DNA of 64,000 nucleotides from a virus. Positions 1-9,104 of the stretch are shown in pieces (position 1 is the first letter of the stretch; every line of letters begins with the position of its first letter). The position numbers and the translations under genes were made by a program. The notes under the pieces are model-generated. The model was not told the origin of the DNA. It saw only the letters and a program-made list of their open reading frames with translations, and made no database searches. Where the stretch lies: IMG/VR virus record IMGVR_UViG_3300031453_000081; one strand, 5' to 3'.

Positions 1-1029
1 TACGCTTCGGACTCCTTCGTCGAGAAGCTACAGGGCCTCATCTCCGCCTCCTACGGACGCTTCGCCGACTACTCCAACAACTCCCAGAACTTCCTCGTCG
101 GCCATCCCTGGTCCGGTCCCCTAAACGCTGCCACCTTCACCAGCAACGTCAACTTCGGCTGGCACACCACCAACTACAGCCCGACGCTGACCGCGGTCAG
201 CTACCAGCGATACACCACGCCCTACGCCTGCACAGCCTTCGATGTGCACTACCTCGATGCCTTCGGCGGACGCTGGTCATACTCCGTGGATGGGGCTGCG
301 CCCATCCAGATCATCAACACCGCCGCCGCCTCACCCGATGTTGCCAACTCCCAGGTGAAACGACTGCGCTTCACCGGACTGCCGTCGGCCGTCCACACCT
401 TCGACTGGGGCTGGCAGACCAACACCGCCACCGCCTACGTCCATGGCGCCACCGCCTACACCGGATCCCCAGGGGGATTAGCTCTGGCCCGCTTCGCAGT
501 CGCCGGCGATGCCATGCAATACCTCGCATCAACCCAGGGACCGGCCGATCGCCTCTCTCTCTACACCAACAAAAGTCCCCAAAACGACGCTACCGCGTCG
601 GGCGTCGGCGCCTACGGCTTCCCCATGGGGCCGCATCTCCTCATCTGCCAGATGATCGTCAACGACACCAACATAGACGGCACCGGCAATCCCGTGAACA
701 ACCTGAACGGCTTCACCCAGCAGTACTACCGTCTGCTGCACGCCGTGCGGCGTGCTCGCCCCGGCTGTTCCGTCCTGTTCGTCATCCCCTGCTACCCGCT
801 GGCCACCACCGACGACTGCAACTCAGGCTTCGCCAACCAGCTCCTCTTTGCCAACTACGTCCAGGCTGTCTACACGCTGGCACGATCCTTCAACGCAGCC
901 ATCTGCAACGTCAACTCGCGCTGGGGTTCCACCCCAGTCGCCCAGGGATACATGATCGCCAACAACCTCCACCCCACCATCGCCGGCCAGGCGGATATGG
1001 CCGCCTTCATCCAGCAAGCGCTGCTCTAG
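1..1029 (+). CDS. SGNH/GDSL hydrolase-domain protein (5' truncated), probably tail-associated, outer element
   Basis: Frame open from base 1; block III-like MIVND and block V-like NNLHPTIAG motifs. Confidence 0.7.
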   Translation, partial: YASDSFVEKLQGLISASYGRFADYSNNSQNFLVGHPWSGPLNAATFTSNVNFGWHTTNYSPTLTAVSYQRYTTPYACTAFDVHYLDAFGGRWSYSVDGAAPIQIINTAAASPDVANSQVKRLRFTGLPSAVHTFDWGWQTNTATAYVHGATAYTGSPGGLALARFAVAGDAMQYLASTQGPADRLSLYTNKSPQNDATASGVGAYGFPMGPHLLICQMIVNDTNIDGTGNPVNNLNGFTQQYYRLLHAVRRARPGCSVLFVIPCYPLATTDDCNSGFANQLLFANYVQAVYTLARSFNAAICNVNSRWGSTPVAQGYMIANNLHPTIAGQADMAAFIQQALL

Positions 1030-1043
1030 GAGGGCACACGCCC

Positions 1044-1298
1044 ATGCGTGAACCAGACCTCGAACTGGATCGCGACAGCATGGAGCTGCTACGCAACAAC
1101 ACCCGCGCCGAGCTCGTCACCGAGTTCCACAAGCAGAAGATGCTTTCCCGTGCGGCCCGCAAAGCGGGCCACCCGGCCCGAGCCGGCACCCATTCACTCC
1201 AAGCCGATCTCTACTACAAAATGATCGTCGCGCTCGAAGTGCCCACCAACGAGGATCCCTACGCCGGCAGCGATCACCTCAAGGAGGCAACGCCATGA
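1044..1298 (+). CDS. Hypothetical protein (84 aa)
   Basis: AGGAGGG RBS, ATG, ATGA overlap with the next gene. Confidence 0.7.
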   Translation: MREPDLELDRDSMELLRNNTRAELVTEFHKQKMLSRAARKAGHPARAGTHSLQADLYYKMIVALEVPTNEDPYAGSDHLKEATP

Positions 1299-1444
1299 CC
1301 ACCAACATCATTTTTCTGGTCATCCTGCTCAGCGTCTCCCTCGCCGCCGGCCTAATCGCCGGCAAAATCATGGACAAAAGCTATGAAGACGACGACGTCG
1401 TCGTCGACGACAACCTGTGCATCTATCTCAAGAGAAACGAGTAA
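1295..1444 (+). CDS. Small membrane protein (49 aa, MTTNIIFLVILLSVSLAAGLIAGKIMDKSYEDDD...)
   Basis: AAGGAGG RBS; one hydrophobic helix followed by an acidic tail; translated by hand. Confidence 0.6.
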   Translation: MTTNIIFLVILLSVSLAAGLIAGKIMDKSYEDDDVVVDDNLCIYLKRNE

Positions 1445-1447
1445 GCC

Positions 1448-1660
1448 ATGCCCATCATCGGAACCGACTCCCAGCTCGCCCTGGATGGCTTCGGCTACTT
1501 CATCGAGCCGCACTCCTACCAGGTCATCCGACCACGCGTCCGCCGCACCGATCTCCTCGGCCAGTCCGCCAACCCAGTCGCCCCAGGCGCCGGCTCAGGA
1601 GAACGCTACGTCGACCGCGGTCCCGCCAAGCGTGAGTGGAAGTTCATCATCGTGGCCTTC
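1448..1660 (+). pseudogene. 5' part (codons 1-71) of a split Dit/minor-tail-like gene of the outer element
   Basis: MPIIGTDSQ...KREWKFIIVAF ends exactly at the att core and joins in frame to NNLTTY... at 58990. Confidence 0.85.
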
Positions 1661-1683
1661 GACACCCTGTGGGCCATGAACTC
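1634..1683. other. Left hybrid attachment site (attB arm / TT core 1658-1659 / attP arm)
   Basis: ...ATCGTGGCC TT CGACACCCTGTGGGCCATGAA; the arm 1660-1683 is the inverted repeat of 58963-58986. Confidence 0.9.
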
Positions 1684-3116
1684 TGTTCCTCTGCCCGCTG
1701 GGTCAGAATGGCGCCCAGTCCGGGCAACGGACGCAACGCCACGACCTCCTGGTTGTCAATCAGCAGTTCGCGGAACACTCGCCGCACCAACCGATTCCGC
1801 GTCGCCTCGTCCTCAGCACGTTCGTACACCACCGCCAGGTTGGTGAGCATCTGGGCCAGCTCTCGCGCCTGGGAGCCGCCGGCGTGCGTGCGGAGTGCCT
1901 GCAACCGACCCTGGAGGTGGCGGACCTGGTTGCGGTACTGCAGCTCCGACATCTGGCCGTACTCAACGTAGACCGCCTCCAGCCGCTTCAGCTGCGCGGC
2001 GATCCGCGTCTGTTCGTCGCTGGTGTCGTGGGACTGATGCTCCGCGGCGGCGGCGTAGCGTTCGGCTAGTGCCTCGGTCAGGGAGTACGCGGCGAGCGCG
2101 TCGACCACCTGCTGCTCAATCCGGGCGCTGAACACCGAGACCTGCCGGCATTCGCCACCGTAGAGGCGGGTCGAGCAATGCAGACGCACCTGGCCGCGCT
2201 GCGTCTGGGTATGGAACCGGCCGCCACATTTTCCGCAGGTGCCGAGACCGGAGAGGATATGAACGGTGCCACGGCTAATCACGGCGGGGCCACGTCGGTT
2301 CTCATGGCCGGCTACCTGCGCCCGGTTGAACGTCTCCTGGTCAATCAGTGCCGCGTGGAGCCCGGGCAGCCACTGCGTCGCTCCCTGGCTGCTGTTGTTC
2401 CGCCCCACTCCGATCTGGCCGACGTAAAAGCGATTGTGCAGAATGCTGTGCAGCAGTCCCGGCCCCATGTCATGAACGCTGTGCTGGTGAAGCGTCGCCA
2501 TGGTCTGCCGACGGGGTGTGCCGGCTGCGGTGAGCGCGAACACCTCGAGCACCACATCCGCACGCGAGAGGGCGCCATACGCCGGCGTGTCGTCGAACAC
2601 CGGCGCCAGTCTCGATTTGTCGTCTCCCTCTTGCCGCCGATAGCCGTAGGGCAGCCGACCGGCCCACAGCCCCGCCTCTATCCGCTCCGTCTTCCCCTTC
2701 CGCGTCTCGACCGCCAGATTGCGGCTGAAAAATTGCGCCGATTGCGCCAGAATCCCGGCCACCAGCTCGCCGGTTGGTGTCGTGGGGTCGATGCCCTCCT
2801 TCACGAAAATCACGCGGTTGTTGAGCCGGTGCAGCACGTCGTGGAACACGCGAGCATTGCGGGCCAGGCGGTCCAACTTGTCCACGATGATGGCGTCGGC
2901 GCCGCCGGCGAGTACCATATCGATCGCGCGACGCAACTCCGGGCGTTTGGTGAGCGTGTCGCTGTAGGCGCTGCGACCCTCGTCCGCGCAGATGTCGATC
3001 AACTCGTGCCCCTGGTACTCGCAGTGGTGGCGGATTGCACGCCGCTGCCCATCCAGAGAGTAGTTGTCGATCTGCTGCTCGCTGCTCACTCGTACATAGC
3101 CCACCACCCGTGTCAT
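1647..3116 (-). CDS. int: Large serine recombinase (integrase), 489 aa in the prophage state
   Basis: GYVRVSS catalytic Ser, DKLDRLAR, recombinase domain (PYGY), zinc ribbon CGKCG...HCSTR, coiled coil. GAGGGGG RBS before ATG 3116. Stop codon is supplied by the flanking attB arm. Confidence 0.95.
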   Translation of the reverse strand: MTRVVGYVRVSSEQQIDNYSLDGQRRAIRHHCEYQGHELIDICADEGRSAYSDTLTKRPELRRAIDMVLAGGADAIIVDKLDRLARNARVFHDVLHRLNNRVIFVKEGIDPTTPTGELVAGILAQSAQFFSRNLAVETRKGKTERIEAGLWAGRLPYGYRRQEGDDKSRLAPVFDDTPAYGALSRADVVLEVFALTAAGTPRRQTMATLHQHSVHDMGPGLLHSILHNRFYVGQIGVGRNNSSQGATQWLPGLHAALIDQETFNRAQVAGHENRRGPAVISRGTVHILSGLGTCGKCGGRFHTQTQRGQVRLHCSTRLYGGECRQVSVFSARIEQQVVDALAAYSLTEALAERYAAAAEHQSHDTSDEQTRIAAQLKRLEAVYVEYGQMSELQYRNQVRHLQGRLQALRTHAGGSQARELAQMLTNLAVVYERAEDEATRNRLVRRVFRELLIDNQEVVALRPLPGLGAILTQRAEEQSSWPTGCRRPR

Positions 3117-3268
3117 GCATCCCCCCTCGTTCGTTTCGGCGCCTTGTCGCGCTGCATAATCTCGCGAACCAGCAGCGTCAGCTCCCACATCTCGCGATCT
3201 GCCTGCGGGTTGCCGGTGATCGCCGGTGGCTGCATTGTAGTGGTGGTGCGCTGCTCAAGCTGTGCCAT
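3113..3268 (-). CDS. Small protein (51 aa) coupled to the integrase; candidate recombination directionality factor
   Basis: MAQLEQRTTT...KAPKRTRGDA*; ATGA overlap with the int start; function inferred from position only. Confidence 0.5.
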   Translation of the reverse strand: MAQLEQRTTTTMQPPAITGNPQADREMWELTLLVREIMQRDKAPKRTRGDA

Positions 3269-3623
3269 GATCCTCGCCTCGCCGATCTACGTGCAGTTGC
3301 AGCAGCACCATTTCCAGCCGTCGCAGCCGATCCGTAACCCGCAACTCTCGTTCCCGCCTGGCGACCACTTCGGATGCATGGCGGTTCGCCCTGGACAGCG
3401 TTTGATACCGCTCGTCCTCTATCAGCCGGGCCACTAGCCATGCCAGCCGTTGCTTCTCGTTTGCCCCCTCCAGGCCACCCAGAATGTAGCGACCCTCGAT
3501 TTTCTCCTGTTCCTCTCGTCGCTCGACTATCCCCTGCTGGAAGAGATAAATCTGCATCTCGTTCGCTCCCGCCTGCGCAATGTGGGACCGGATGGACTGC
3601 TCGAGCTCGTCGGTGGTCGTCAT
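3255..3623 (-). CDS. Hypothetical helical protein (122 aa)
   Basis: ATG at 3623 overlaps the stop of the upstream ORF. Confidence 0.65.
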   Translation of the reverse strand: MTTTDELEQSIRSHIAQAGANEMQIYLFQQGIVERREEQEKIEGRYILGGLEGANEKQRLAWLVARLIEDERYQTLSRANRHASEVVARRERELRVTDRLRRLEMVLLQLHVDRRGEDHGTA

Positions 3624-3841
3624 GGCTGCACCAGCCTGGGCTGGGACTGTTCGCCGATCTCCTCGGCCAATTTCACCTGCTCGACAATCTGCTCGCACAC
3701 CAACTCCTGCACTCGCTGCTTGACCCTTGCAGGCCAGGCAGCTGGGTACACGACGCCAATGGTAATCGCGACCTCATCAAATGCCGCATTAACGATCTTA
3801 GAAACGGTTTTGCAGGTCTCTTTCGCGCTTGCAGTGGCCAT
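3620..3841 (-). CDS. Hypothetical protein (73 aa)
   Basis: GAGGGG RBS; coupled stop/start. Confidence 0.6.
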   Translation of the reverse strand: MATASAKETCKTVSKIVNAAFDEVAITIGVVYPAAWPARVKQRVQELVCEQIVEQVKLAEEIGEQSQPRLVQP

Positions 3842-3849
3842 ACTTCCCC

Positions 3850-4707
3850 TCACTCACTCAGCCGCGAGACGGCGGCGTGTTGTCTATCTGCTCGGTATGG
3901 CTCCGAGAATCCCACCAATTGGCAGTTCCCATCGTCGAATATGCGCGGCGTTAGCCGGGGCATCATGGTGTCCATGTCGTCAAAATCGAGGTTCGTGGTC
4001 ACCACGGTCGGCAGGCGATGCTCCAGGCGATGCTGGCAGATGGTGAACCGCTGCTCCTCAACCCATGCCGATGATTTTGCTTTGCCGAAATCGTCCAGGA
4101 TCAACAGCGGCGAATGGAGTAGCTCGGACAGCTGGCGGGTAAACGTCTGCTCACTGCCGGCGTCAAACGTCGAACGCAACTCGATCATCAGCACTGGCTC
4201 AACCCGGTAGAGTACGGGCTTTCGCGCTCCCAACCAGTAGTTGCCGAGCATTTTTGCCATCGACGTTTTCCCCGAGTGATAGACGCCGTACAGCCACATC
4301 CAGCCCCTCGGGCAGCCCCCAAACGTCTGCACCGCATCATACTGCGACGCTTGCGCCGCAGTCGGCCTGAACGACCCAAATGTCACATCGCCAAAATCTT
4401 CTAGGCCGCTCCCGCCGATCAGGTTCGCGTGCTGCCTCTGCTCGACTGCCATACCCATCGGGCATCGGGTGCAGGTTACCAGCTCCGGCGTGGGATCCTC
4501 GCCAGGGATCCAGCTTTGGGCGTAGACCAGGCCCGAGCCATGGCAGTGCGAGCAGGGAGTGGGCCGGTCGTCAGGGATAGCCGGGAGGCCGCCCGCCACA
4601 CGCTCCGCCATCCTCGATTCGGCCGCCTCGAACCGCGCTCGAACCGCAGCCGGCAGATTTGATTTGAACGACTCCAGCCCCCCGGAAATGTGCCGGAATC
4701 CGGTCAC
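3850..4707 (-). CDS. DnaC/IstB-like helicase-loader ATPase with N-terminal zinc finger
   Basis: CSHCHG...CTRC; Walker A GVYHSGKT; Walker B LLILDDFG; VVTTN; directly downstream of the initiator. Confidence 0.88.
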   Translation of the reverse strand: MTGFRHISGGLESFKSNLPAAVRARFEAAESRMAERVAGGLPAIPDDRPTPCSHCHGSGLVYAQSWIPGEDPTPELVTCTRCPMGMAVEQRQHANLIGGSGLEDFGDVTFGSFRPTAAQASQYDAVQTFGGCPRGWMWLYGVYHSGKTSMAKMLGNYWLGARKPVLYRVEPVLMIELRSTFDAGSEQTFTRQLSELLHSPLLILDDFGKAKSSAWVEEQRFTICQHRLEHRLPTVVTTNLDFDDMDTMMPRLTPRIFDDGNCQLVGFSEPYRADRQHAAVSRLSE

Positions 4708-5843
4708 GATGCCACCGCCGCGTCCATCTCCTCAGCGAGCCGGTCCAGCTCGTCACGATCTCGCCAGTACCGATCGCGTTGCTCCGAAGCCTTTGCCGTC
4801 GCCTCGCTATCACCTTGCTCCTCGGCGGCGACACGCCGCTCCTCCGCCCGGTTGCCTTGAGTGTGGGCATTATCTCCCAGCACCCGGGCGTATTTGGGCG
4901 CCGTGACCTGCCATCGATTGGGAATGATGCAGGGCTTCGGGACAATGGCGAGCGTCGGATGACCTCGCGCTGTATGCCGTTGCTCCAACGGAAACTTCGC
5001 TTGTCTCACCCAGCGATCAAACGTTGCCGCCGTCGCCGCCGTCAGTTGCCGATCCTGCCGGTGCTGCACGCATTTCCGAGCCTCGGCCACCAAATCCACG
5101 GCGGGATAGGCAGCCAGGAGCGCCAGCAGCGTCTGCTCTGTGACCGGAGGATTGCCCGACGGGAAGAGCGGTACCAGCGCGTCGAACGCTGCCCGGTCTT
5201 CGGTTGACAGAGTGACTTGAACTGTTTGTAACGTCGCCGCCGTCGTTGGTTTCTCGACGGGAGGTGGTTGAGGAGACTCCTCGCGTGCGCGCGCGACGTC
5301 GGCGTCGTTGACAGATGGTGAGGTGATTTCTTTAGAGACGGTATGGTTTCGGTACGGTTTCGGTACGGTTTCGGTTACGACGGACTCTGCGCGTTGTCCG
5401 TTGGACGTCCCCTGGACACTGCCTGATGTCTCACTGAGGTCCGGCAGACATTCCTTATATACGCCATTGTCACTTGGAGAGCTGCTGGCCTGACTCCGGT
5501 AGTCTCGTTTGCGTTCGGCGTCTGTCCGCCGACGCTCAATGAGTTTGCCGGCGTAATCGTACCAGTCATGCAGGCAGAGTGAGCCGTCCTCCGAGCGGTC
5601 TATGAATCCAGCGCTCACGATCGCGTCGGTGAACAACTGAGGATCACCGTCCCATTCCGCAGCTGCGGCCAGGTCGAACGCATCGTATCGGGATAGATCG
5701 CCCTGCTGGGCGTGATCGAGCCCGAAGTACCACAGCGCGTGGAGGTGGCCAACGGCGTGGACGCGCTGTATTCCGAGCAGGCGCGCCATTCGGCTCGTTT
5801 TTGGATGGTGCAGCAACGTCTGATTTGATTCAATCCACGCCAT
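4704..5843 (-). CDS. Phage replication initiator / replisome organiser
   Basis: N-terminus MAWIESNQTLLHHPKT...GHLHALW typical of phage initiators; low-complexity linker with internal repeats; sits before the loader. Confidence 0.75.
   Translation of the reverse strand: MAWIESNQTLLHHPKTSRMARLLGIQRVHAVGHLHALWYFGLDHAQQGDLSRYDAFDLAAAAEWDGDPQLFTDAIVSAGFIDRSEDGSLCLHDWYDYAGKLIERRRTDAERKRDYRSQASSSPSDNGVYKECLPDLSETSGSVQGTSNGQRAESVVTETVPKPYRNHTVSKEITSPSVNDADVARAREESPQPPPVEKPTTAATLQTVQVTLSTEDRAAFDALVPLFPSGNPPVTEQTLLALLAAYPAVDLVAEARKCVQHRQDRQLTAATAATFDRWVRQAKFPLEQRHTARGHPTLAIVPKPCIIPNRWQVTAPKYARVLGDNAHTQGNRAEERRVAAEEQGDSEATAKASEQRDRYWRDRDELDRLAEEMDAAVAS
5345..5377. repeat. Three tandem 11-bp repeats GGTTTCGGTAC in the initiator gene (candidate iterons)
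   Basis: 5345-5355, 5356-5366 and 5367-5377 (last copy ends TA). Confidence 0.45.
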
Positions 5844-5845
5844 GG

Positions 5846-6862
5846 CTACGCACTCCCCCGAGCGCGGTTGCCGCGCATCTCGTTGTAGGCGCGAGACAAA
5901 TCCGTGATTGTGTCGCTCGCCTCGGTGGTCGTTCGGTCGCAGTTCATGTCGATGTCCCGGCCGAGGAGCCTCGCGAGTTTTTCTATGGTTGCGAGCTGGT
6001 TGGCCGTCGCCGGTTTTTCGGTGGCCCCTGGGCCAGTCCGGGCCACGCCGTCCGCGACGTCGTCTGAGTCCTCGTCGTCAAGCGAGAACGTCATGGATTC
6101 CTGCGATTGCATCACCACGCCGTCTGTCCCGTTGCTGGAGGCAAACAGTGCCCCGTTTGCCTCCTCGATGATCTCCCCGGTCTCCGTGTCGACCGATCGC
6201 TGTGCTGGTAGGGTGGCGTCTGACGCAGGTAGCGCGTCGTAGTCGATCACGATGTCACCGGAGGGCGAAACCGTAACCGGCACGCCCATTTCCTCGGGCA
6301 GGTAGAGGCCGGCGATGGTGTCGGCAAAATAAACTCGCGCCCCCTCGGCCACAGCACGCCAGTAGAGCATCGCTCGCGGGTACTGGCTCCACGGTCCCGT
6401 TTTGTTGGCGAGTCCGGCTTTTTGCGCGTCCGCCATGGTCCACTGAAACCGGCATGGCTCCTGGCCGTCCCGTCGCATCTCCACGATTGCATGCTCGTTC
6501 GTGCGTTCAATCGGACGAATAGCGCCGGCGCCGTGCGCCGCCTGGATGATCGCCGTGAGTCCCTGGCTCTGCACCACGGGCTTCCCGTTGACGAGTCCAA
6601 TTTGCTCTAGGGAGTACATGGGGGATAGACCCAGTTCGTATCCCTTCATCACGACCGCCGCGATTTGATAGCGGTTTGTGATGCCCTTGGGCAGGATCCC
6701 GGTGCCTTTTCCGGCGGCCTCCAGGACCATGGACTGCTCCGAGATCATGCGCCAGGTCGCAAGCGTCATCTGTCGCGTTGCCCGTGACGGCGCCGCGAGC
6801 GGCGGCGAGACGTTGGTCAACTCCAGGGACGGCCTTTCTGCGAGTGCGGTTTGTTCAGCCAT
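5846..6862 (-). CDS. recT: RecT-family single-strand annealing protein (338 aa)
   Basis: GGAGGAG RBS; IGLVNGKP, WSQYPRAMLYWRA...R..FAD..AGLYLPEEM. Confidence 0.8.
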   Translation of the reverse strand: MAEQTALAERPSLELTNVSPPLAAPSRATRQMTLATWRMISEQSMVLEAAGKGTGILPKGITNRYQIAAVVMKGYELGLSPMYSLEQIGLVNGKPVVQSQGLTAIIQAAHGAGAIRPIERTNEHAIVEMRRDGQEPCRFQWTMADAQKAGLANKTGPWSQYPRAMLYWRAVAEGARVYFADTIAGLYLPEEMGVPVTVSPSGDIVIDYDALPASDATLPAQRSVDTETGEIIEEANGALFASSNGTDGVVMQSQESMTFSLDDEDSDDVADGVARTGPGATEKPATANQLATIEKLARLLGRDIDMNCDRTTTEASDTITDLSRAYNEMRGNRARGSA

Positions 6863-7175
6863 TGCTGCTCCTCCGGGATAACGCCGCCTGTGCGGCCAGA
6901 CGATCGCGAGGGGTGGCGGCCTGGAGCTGCGCTTCGAGCTGTGCGATTCGATCATCCTGCGCGAGTTCGATGCACTCCATGGCGCGAACGCATTCCTCGG
7001 CGATCCTAATGCGGGTGAGCATGGCGCGGAGAACGACCATCAGATCCGCTAGGGCGATGGAGTCCTGGTCAGCGAGGTGGGCGAGAGCCATATCGATCTC
7101 CGGAATTGTGTAGGGAGGCGTGGGGAGCGGCTGCGGGGAATCGGCGGTAACGACGTGCAGCACGGCGGGGCTCAT
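6855..7175 (-). CDS. Hypothetical coiled-coil protein (106 aa)
   Basis: Overlapping start/stop with neighbours. Confidence 0.6.
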   Translation of the reverse strand: MSPAVLHVVTADSPQPLPTPPYTIPEIDMALAHLADQDSIALADLMVVLRAMLTRIRIAEECVRAMECIELAQDDRIAQLEAQLQAATPRDRLAAQAALSRRSSNG

Positions 7176-7342
7176 GACGCCACCACCTGAAGCGCCAGAT
7201 AGAGGATGAATCCCCAGAATGCCGCCAGTGCCAGGACCACCGTGATCCATAGCGAAACGACAATCCACCGCGTGCGTCCGGGCGCGTCGAGCCGGGTCAG
7301 GACGACGTGATGTGTGTGCAGGCGTCCGATAACAGCTTTCAT
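7172..7342 (-). CDS. Small membrane protein (56 aa, MKAVIGRL...WITVVLALAAFWGFILYLALQVVAS)
   Basis: GGAGG RBS; long hydrophobic segment; translated by hand. Confidence 0.55.
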   Translation of the reverse strand: MKAVIGRLHTHHVVLTRLDAPGRTRWIVVSLWITVVLALAAFWGFILYLALQVVAS

Positions 7343-7463
7343 GACGATTGACGACCTCCGTTGATGTAAAATGCGATACGGGCAGCATTTTTGCAGGTGC
7401 GACTCGTGGCTTGACTCAGGCCCTGGAGCTGACGCTCTGGGGCCTTCTCTTATTTCAGGCGGT

Positions 7464-7502
7464 GGAAAGGCGCGCCGTGATTGGAGAACGGCGCGCCTTT
7501 CC
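7464..7502. terminator. 15-bp perfect inverted repeat, terminator-like
   Basis: GGAAAGGCGCGCCGT-9 nt-ACGGCGCGCCTTTCC; short T tails. Confidence 0.55.
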
Positions 7503-7514
7503 TGTTACCCGCTC

Positions 7515-7838
7515 CTAGCGTTTCCCCGGCTCTCGCTCCGGACGGTGCTCGGGTCGATGTTCCGGGCGCTCCGTCGGTCGTTCCGCCGGGCGATGCTCAG
7601 GGTGCTCTGGGGACTGTTCCGGCCGCCGCTCTGGCGTGTGCTCGGGGCGTCCAGCGGGCTGCCGTGTGCCGGGAACGTGCGGTGGCGCATGTTCTGGCGC
7701 ATGCTCGGGCGCATGCTCGGGCGCGTGCTCGGGACTGTGACCGGGCGGGTGCTCATGCACATGCTCCGGCCGGTGGTCCTGTTTCTCGCGGGATTTGTGG
7801 TCCGGGTGATACTCCGGGTTCTGGTTCACGCCTTCCAT
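7515..7838 (-). CDS. Pro/Glu/His (PEH)-repeat low-complexity protein
   Basis: AAAGGA RBS before ATG 7838 (alternative GTG 7934); PEHA/RPEH repeats. Confidence 0.55.
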   Translation of the reverse strand: MEGVNQNPEYHPDHKSREKQDHRPEHVHEHPPGHSPEHAPEHAPEHAPEHAPPHVPGTRQPAGRPEHTPERRPEQSPEHPEHRPAERPTERPEHRPEHRPEREPGKR

Positions 7839-7933
7839 GTCAGTTCCTTTCTCGTGATGAGTGTTGAAAATTCTGTGCCAGGGTGCTACATCCCTCCTCT
7901 CAGTTGGTTTCGGTTCGGGGTCGAGCCAGTCCA

Positions 7934-8107
7934 CTAGGACGGCTCTTTGTCTGCATGCATCAGTGCCACGATCTCAGTGCGGTTTGCTGCCTGGCGCGCG
8001 TCGTACGCCGCCTGTTCCTCGACTGTCATCAAGCGGAAGAGCTCCGGTTCGCTGTCGATAATCTCCTGGCAGATTTGGCGCGTGGCCTCGGCGTAGGTCA
8101 GGGTCAT
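7934..8107 (-). CDS. Hypothetical protein (57 aa)
   Basis: ATGA overlap with 8104-8919. Confidence 0.55.
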   Translation of the reverse strand: MTLTYAEATRQICQEIIDSEPELFRLMTVEEQAAYDARQAANRTEIVALMHADKEPS

Positions 8108-8919
8108 GACGTGATACCCCCTGTCAGATATGCAGCGAGTCGTCCCCGCTGCCATTGGCGTTCAGCGCCCCAGGCAGCGTCCCCGGCAGCGTTCCCGGCA
8201 GCGTCCCAGGCAGCGTCCCAGGCAGCGTTCCCGGCAGCGTCCCAGGCAGCGTCCCAGGCAGCGTCCCCGGCAGCGTTCCCGGCAGCGTTCCCGGCAGCGT
8301 CCCCGGCAGCGTTCCCGGCAGCGTTCCCGGCAGCGGCCCCGGCAGCGGTCGAGGCAGCGTTCCTGGCAGCGGTCCAGGCAGCGGCCCCGGCAGCGTTCCA
8401 GGCAGCGTTCCCGGCAGCGTTCCCGGCAGCGGCCCCGGCAGCGGCCCCGGCAGCGTTCCTGGCAGCGGTCCTGGCAGCGTCCAATTCGGTCCGCGTTGCC
8501 TCGCCATTTGCAAATCGACGCGCCGTTTCGATTGCCAGTCGCGGCCGCCGGTCAGCAGGCATAGCAGCCTGCACGACATGCAGCACGCGCTCCGCGCAGT
8601 CGCAGGCAAACAGCCGCAGATTGCGCTCATTCCATGTTTCGATGTGCCGGATTGTGCGCGCTCTACGGCAGACGCATTTGTCACCAGCATCGAGCACCTT
8701 GCCTGCAGTTTCGACCTCGTACAGGTGCTCGCCGCGCCACGTCAACGCGAGCACCTGATCCCATGTGAGGATATGGTAGCCGTTTGCGCAGGCTATTAGC
8801 GCCCCCTCAGCCGGGTTTAGCCACACGCCCGGCTGGTTGCCGTCTGGCAGCGACCATCTCCCGTACCCCATCGGCGTGATACCGTCAGCGCTGAGCAGCT
8901 TGTAGTACGCCTCGCTCAT
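8104..8919 (-). CDS. Phage protein with Imm5-like helical domain and AA(G/W/R)(N/D/A/T) tandem repeats
   Basis: CAERVLHV...[25 protein letters not shown] motif followed by 25 four-residue repeats. Confidence 0.7.
   Translation of the reverse strand: MSEAYYKLLSADGITPMGYGRWSLPDGNQPGVWLNPAEGALIACANGYHILTWDQVLALTWRGEHLYEVETAGKVLDAGDKCVCRRARTIRHIETWNERNLRLFACDCAERVLHVVQAAMPADRRPRLAIETARRFANGEATRTELDAARTAARNAAGAAAGAAAGNAAGNAAWNAAGAAAWTAARNAASTAAGAAAGNAAGNAAGDAAGNAAGNAAGDAAWDAAWDAAGNAAWDAAWDAAGNAAGDAAWGAERQWQRGRLAAYLTGGITS
8173..8472. repeat. 25 tandem 12-bp units GGCAGCG(T/G)(T/C)CC(C/A/T)
   Basis: Counted directly. Confidence 0.95.
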
Positions 8920-9104
8920 AGCCCGGTCTCCACATGGGCATCCACGCTGTGGGTACGTTCGGCGTTCTCCGCGAGTTGGAGCGTGAGGGCATGGATGGCC
9001 AGCACGATTGCCTCTGCACCGGCTGCGATCTCATACGTTGACTCACTAGCCGTGCGGCGCGCCCTCTGGAGCAGTTTCGCGACCTCGGGCGATAACTCGC
9101 CCAT
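8916..9104 (-). CDS. Hypothetical protein (62 aa)
   Basis: TGATG coupling; GAGGTGG RBS. Confidence 0.55.
   Translation of the reverse strand: MGELSPEVAKLLQRARRTASESTYEIAAGAEAIVLAIHALTLQLAENAERTHSVDAHVETGL

Larger units (their letters stand above)
1..1659 (+). mobile_element. Left arm of an outer phage-like element (tail/structural genes) interrupted by the prophage
   Basis: All genes on +, C-rich codon style like 58989-64000. Its last gene continues in frame at 58990. Confidence 0.75.

Noticed and set aside
1448-1846. 132-aa ORF as a complete gene
   Set aside because: After codon 71 it reads antisense integrase sequence; the true continuation is at 58990
2178-3437. 419-aa + strand ORF (and similar long ORFs such as 25122-26012, 50643-51473, 59290-60051)
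   Set aside because: Antisense shadows of well-supported genes in GC-rich DNA; no RBS or motifs
8173-8472. CRISPR array
   Set aside because: Contiguous 12-bp units with no spacers, in frame within a CDS; no cas genes
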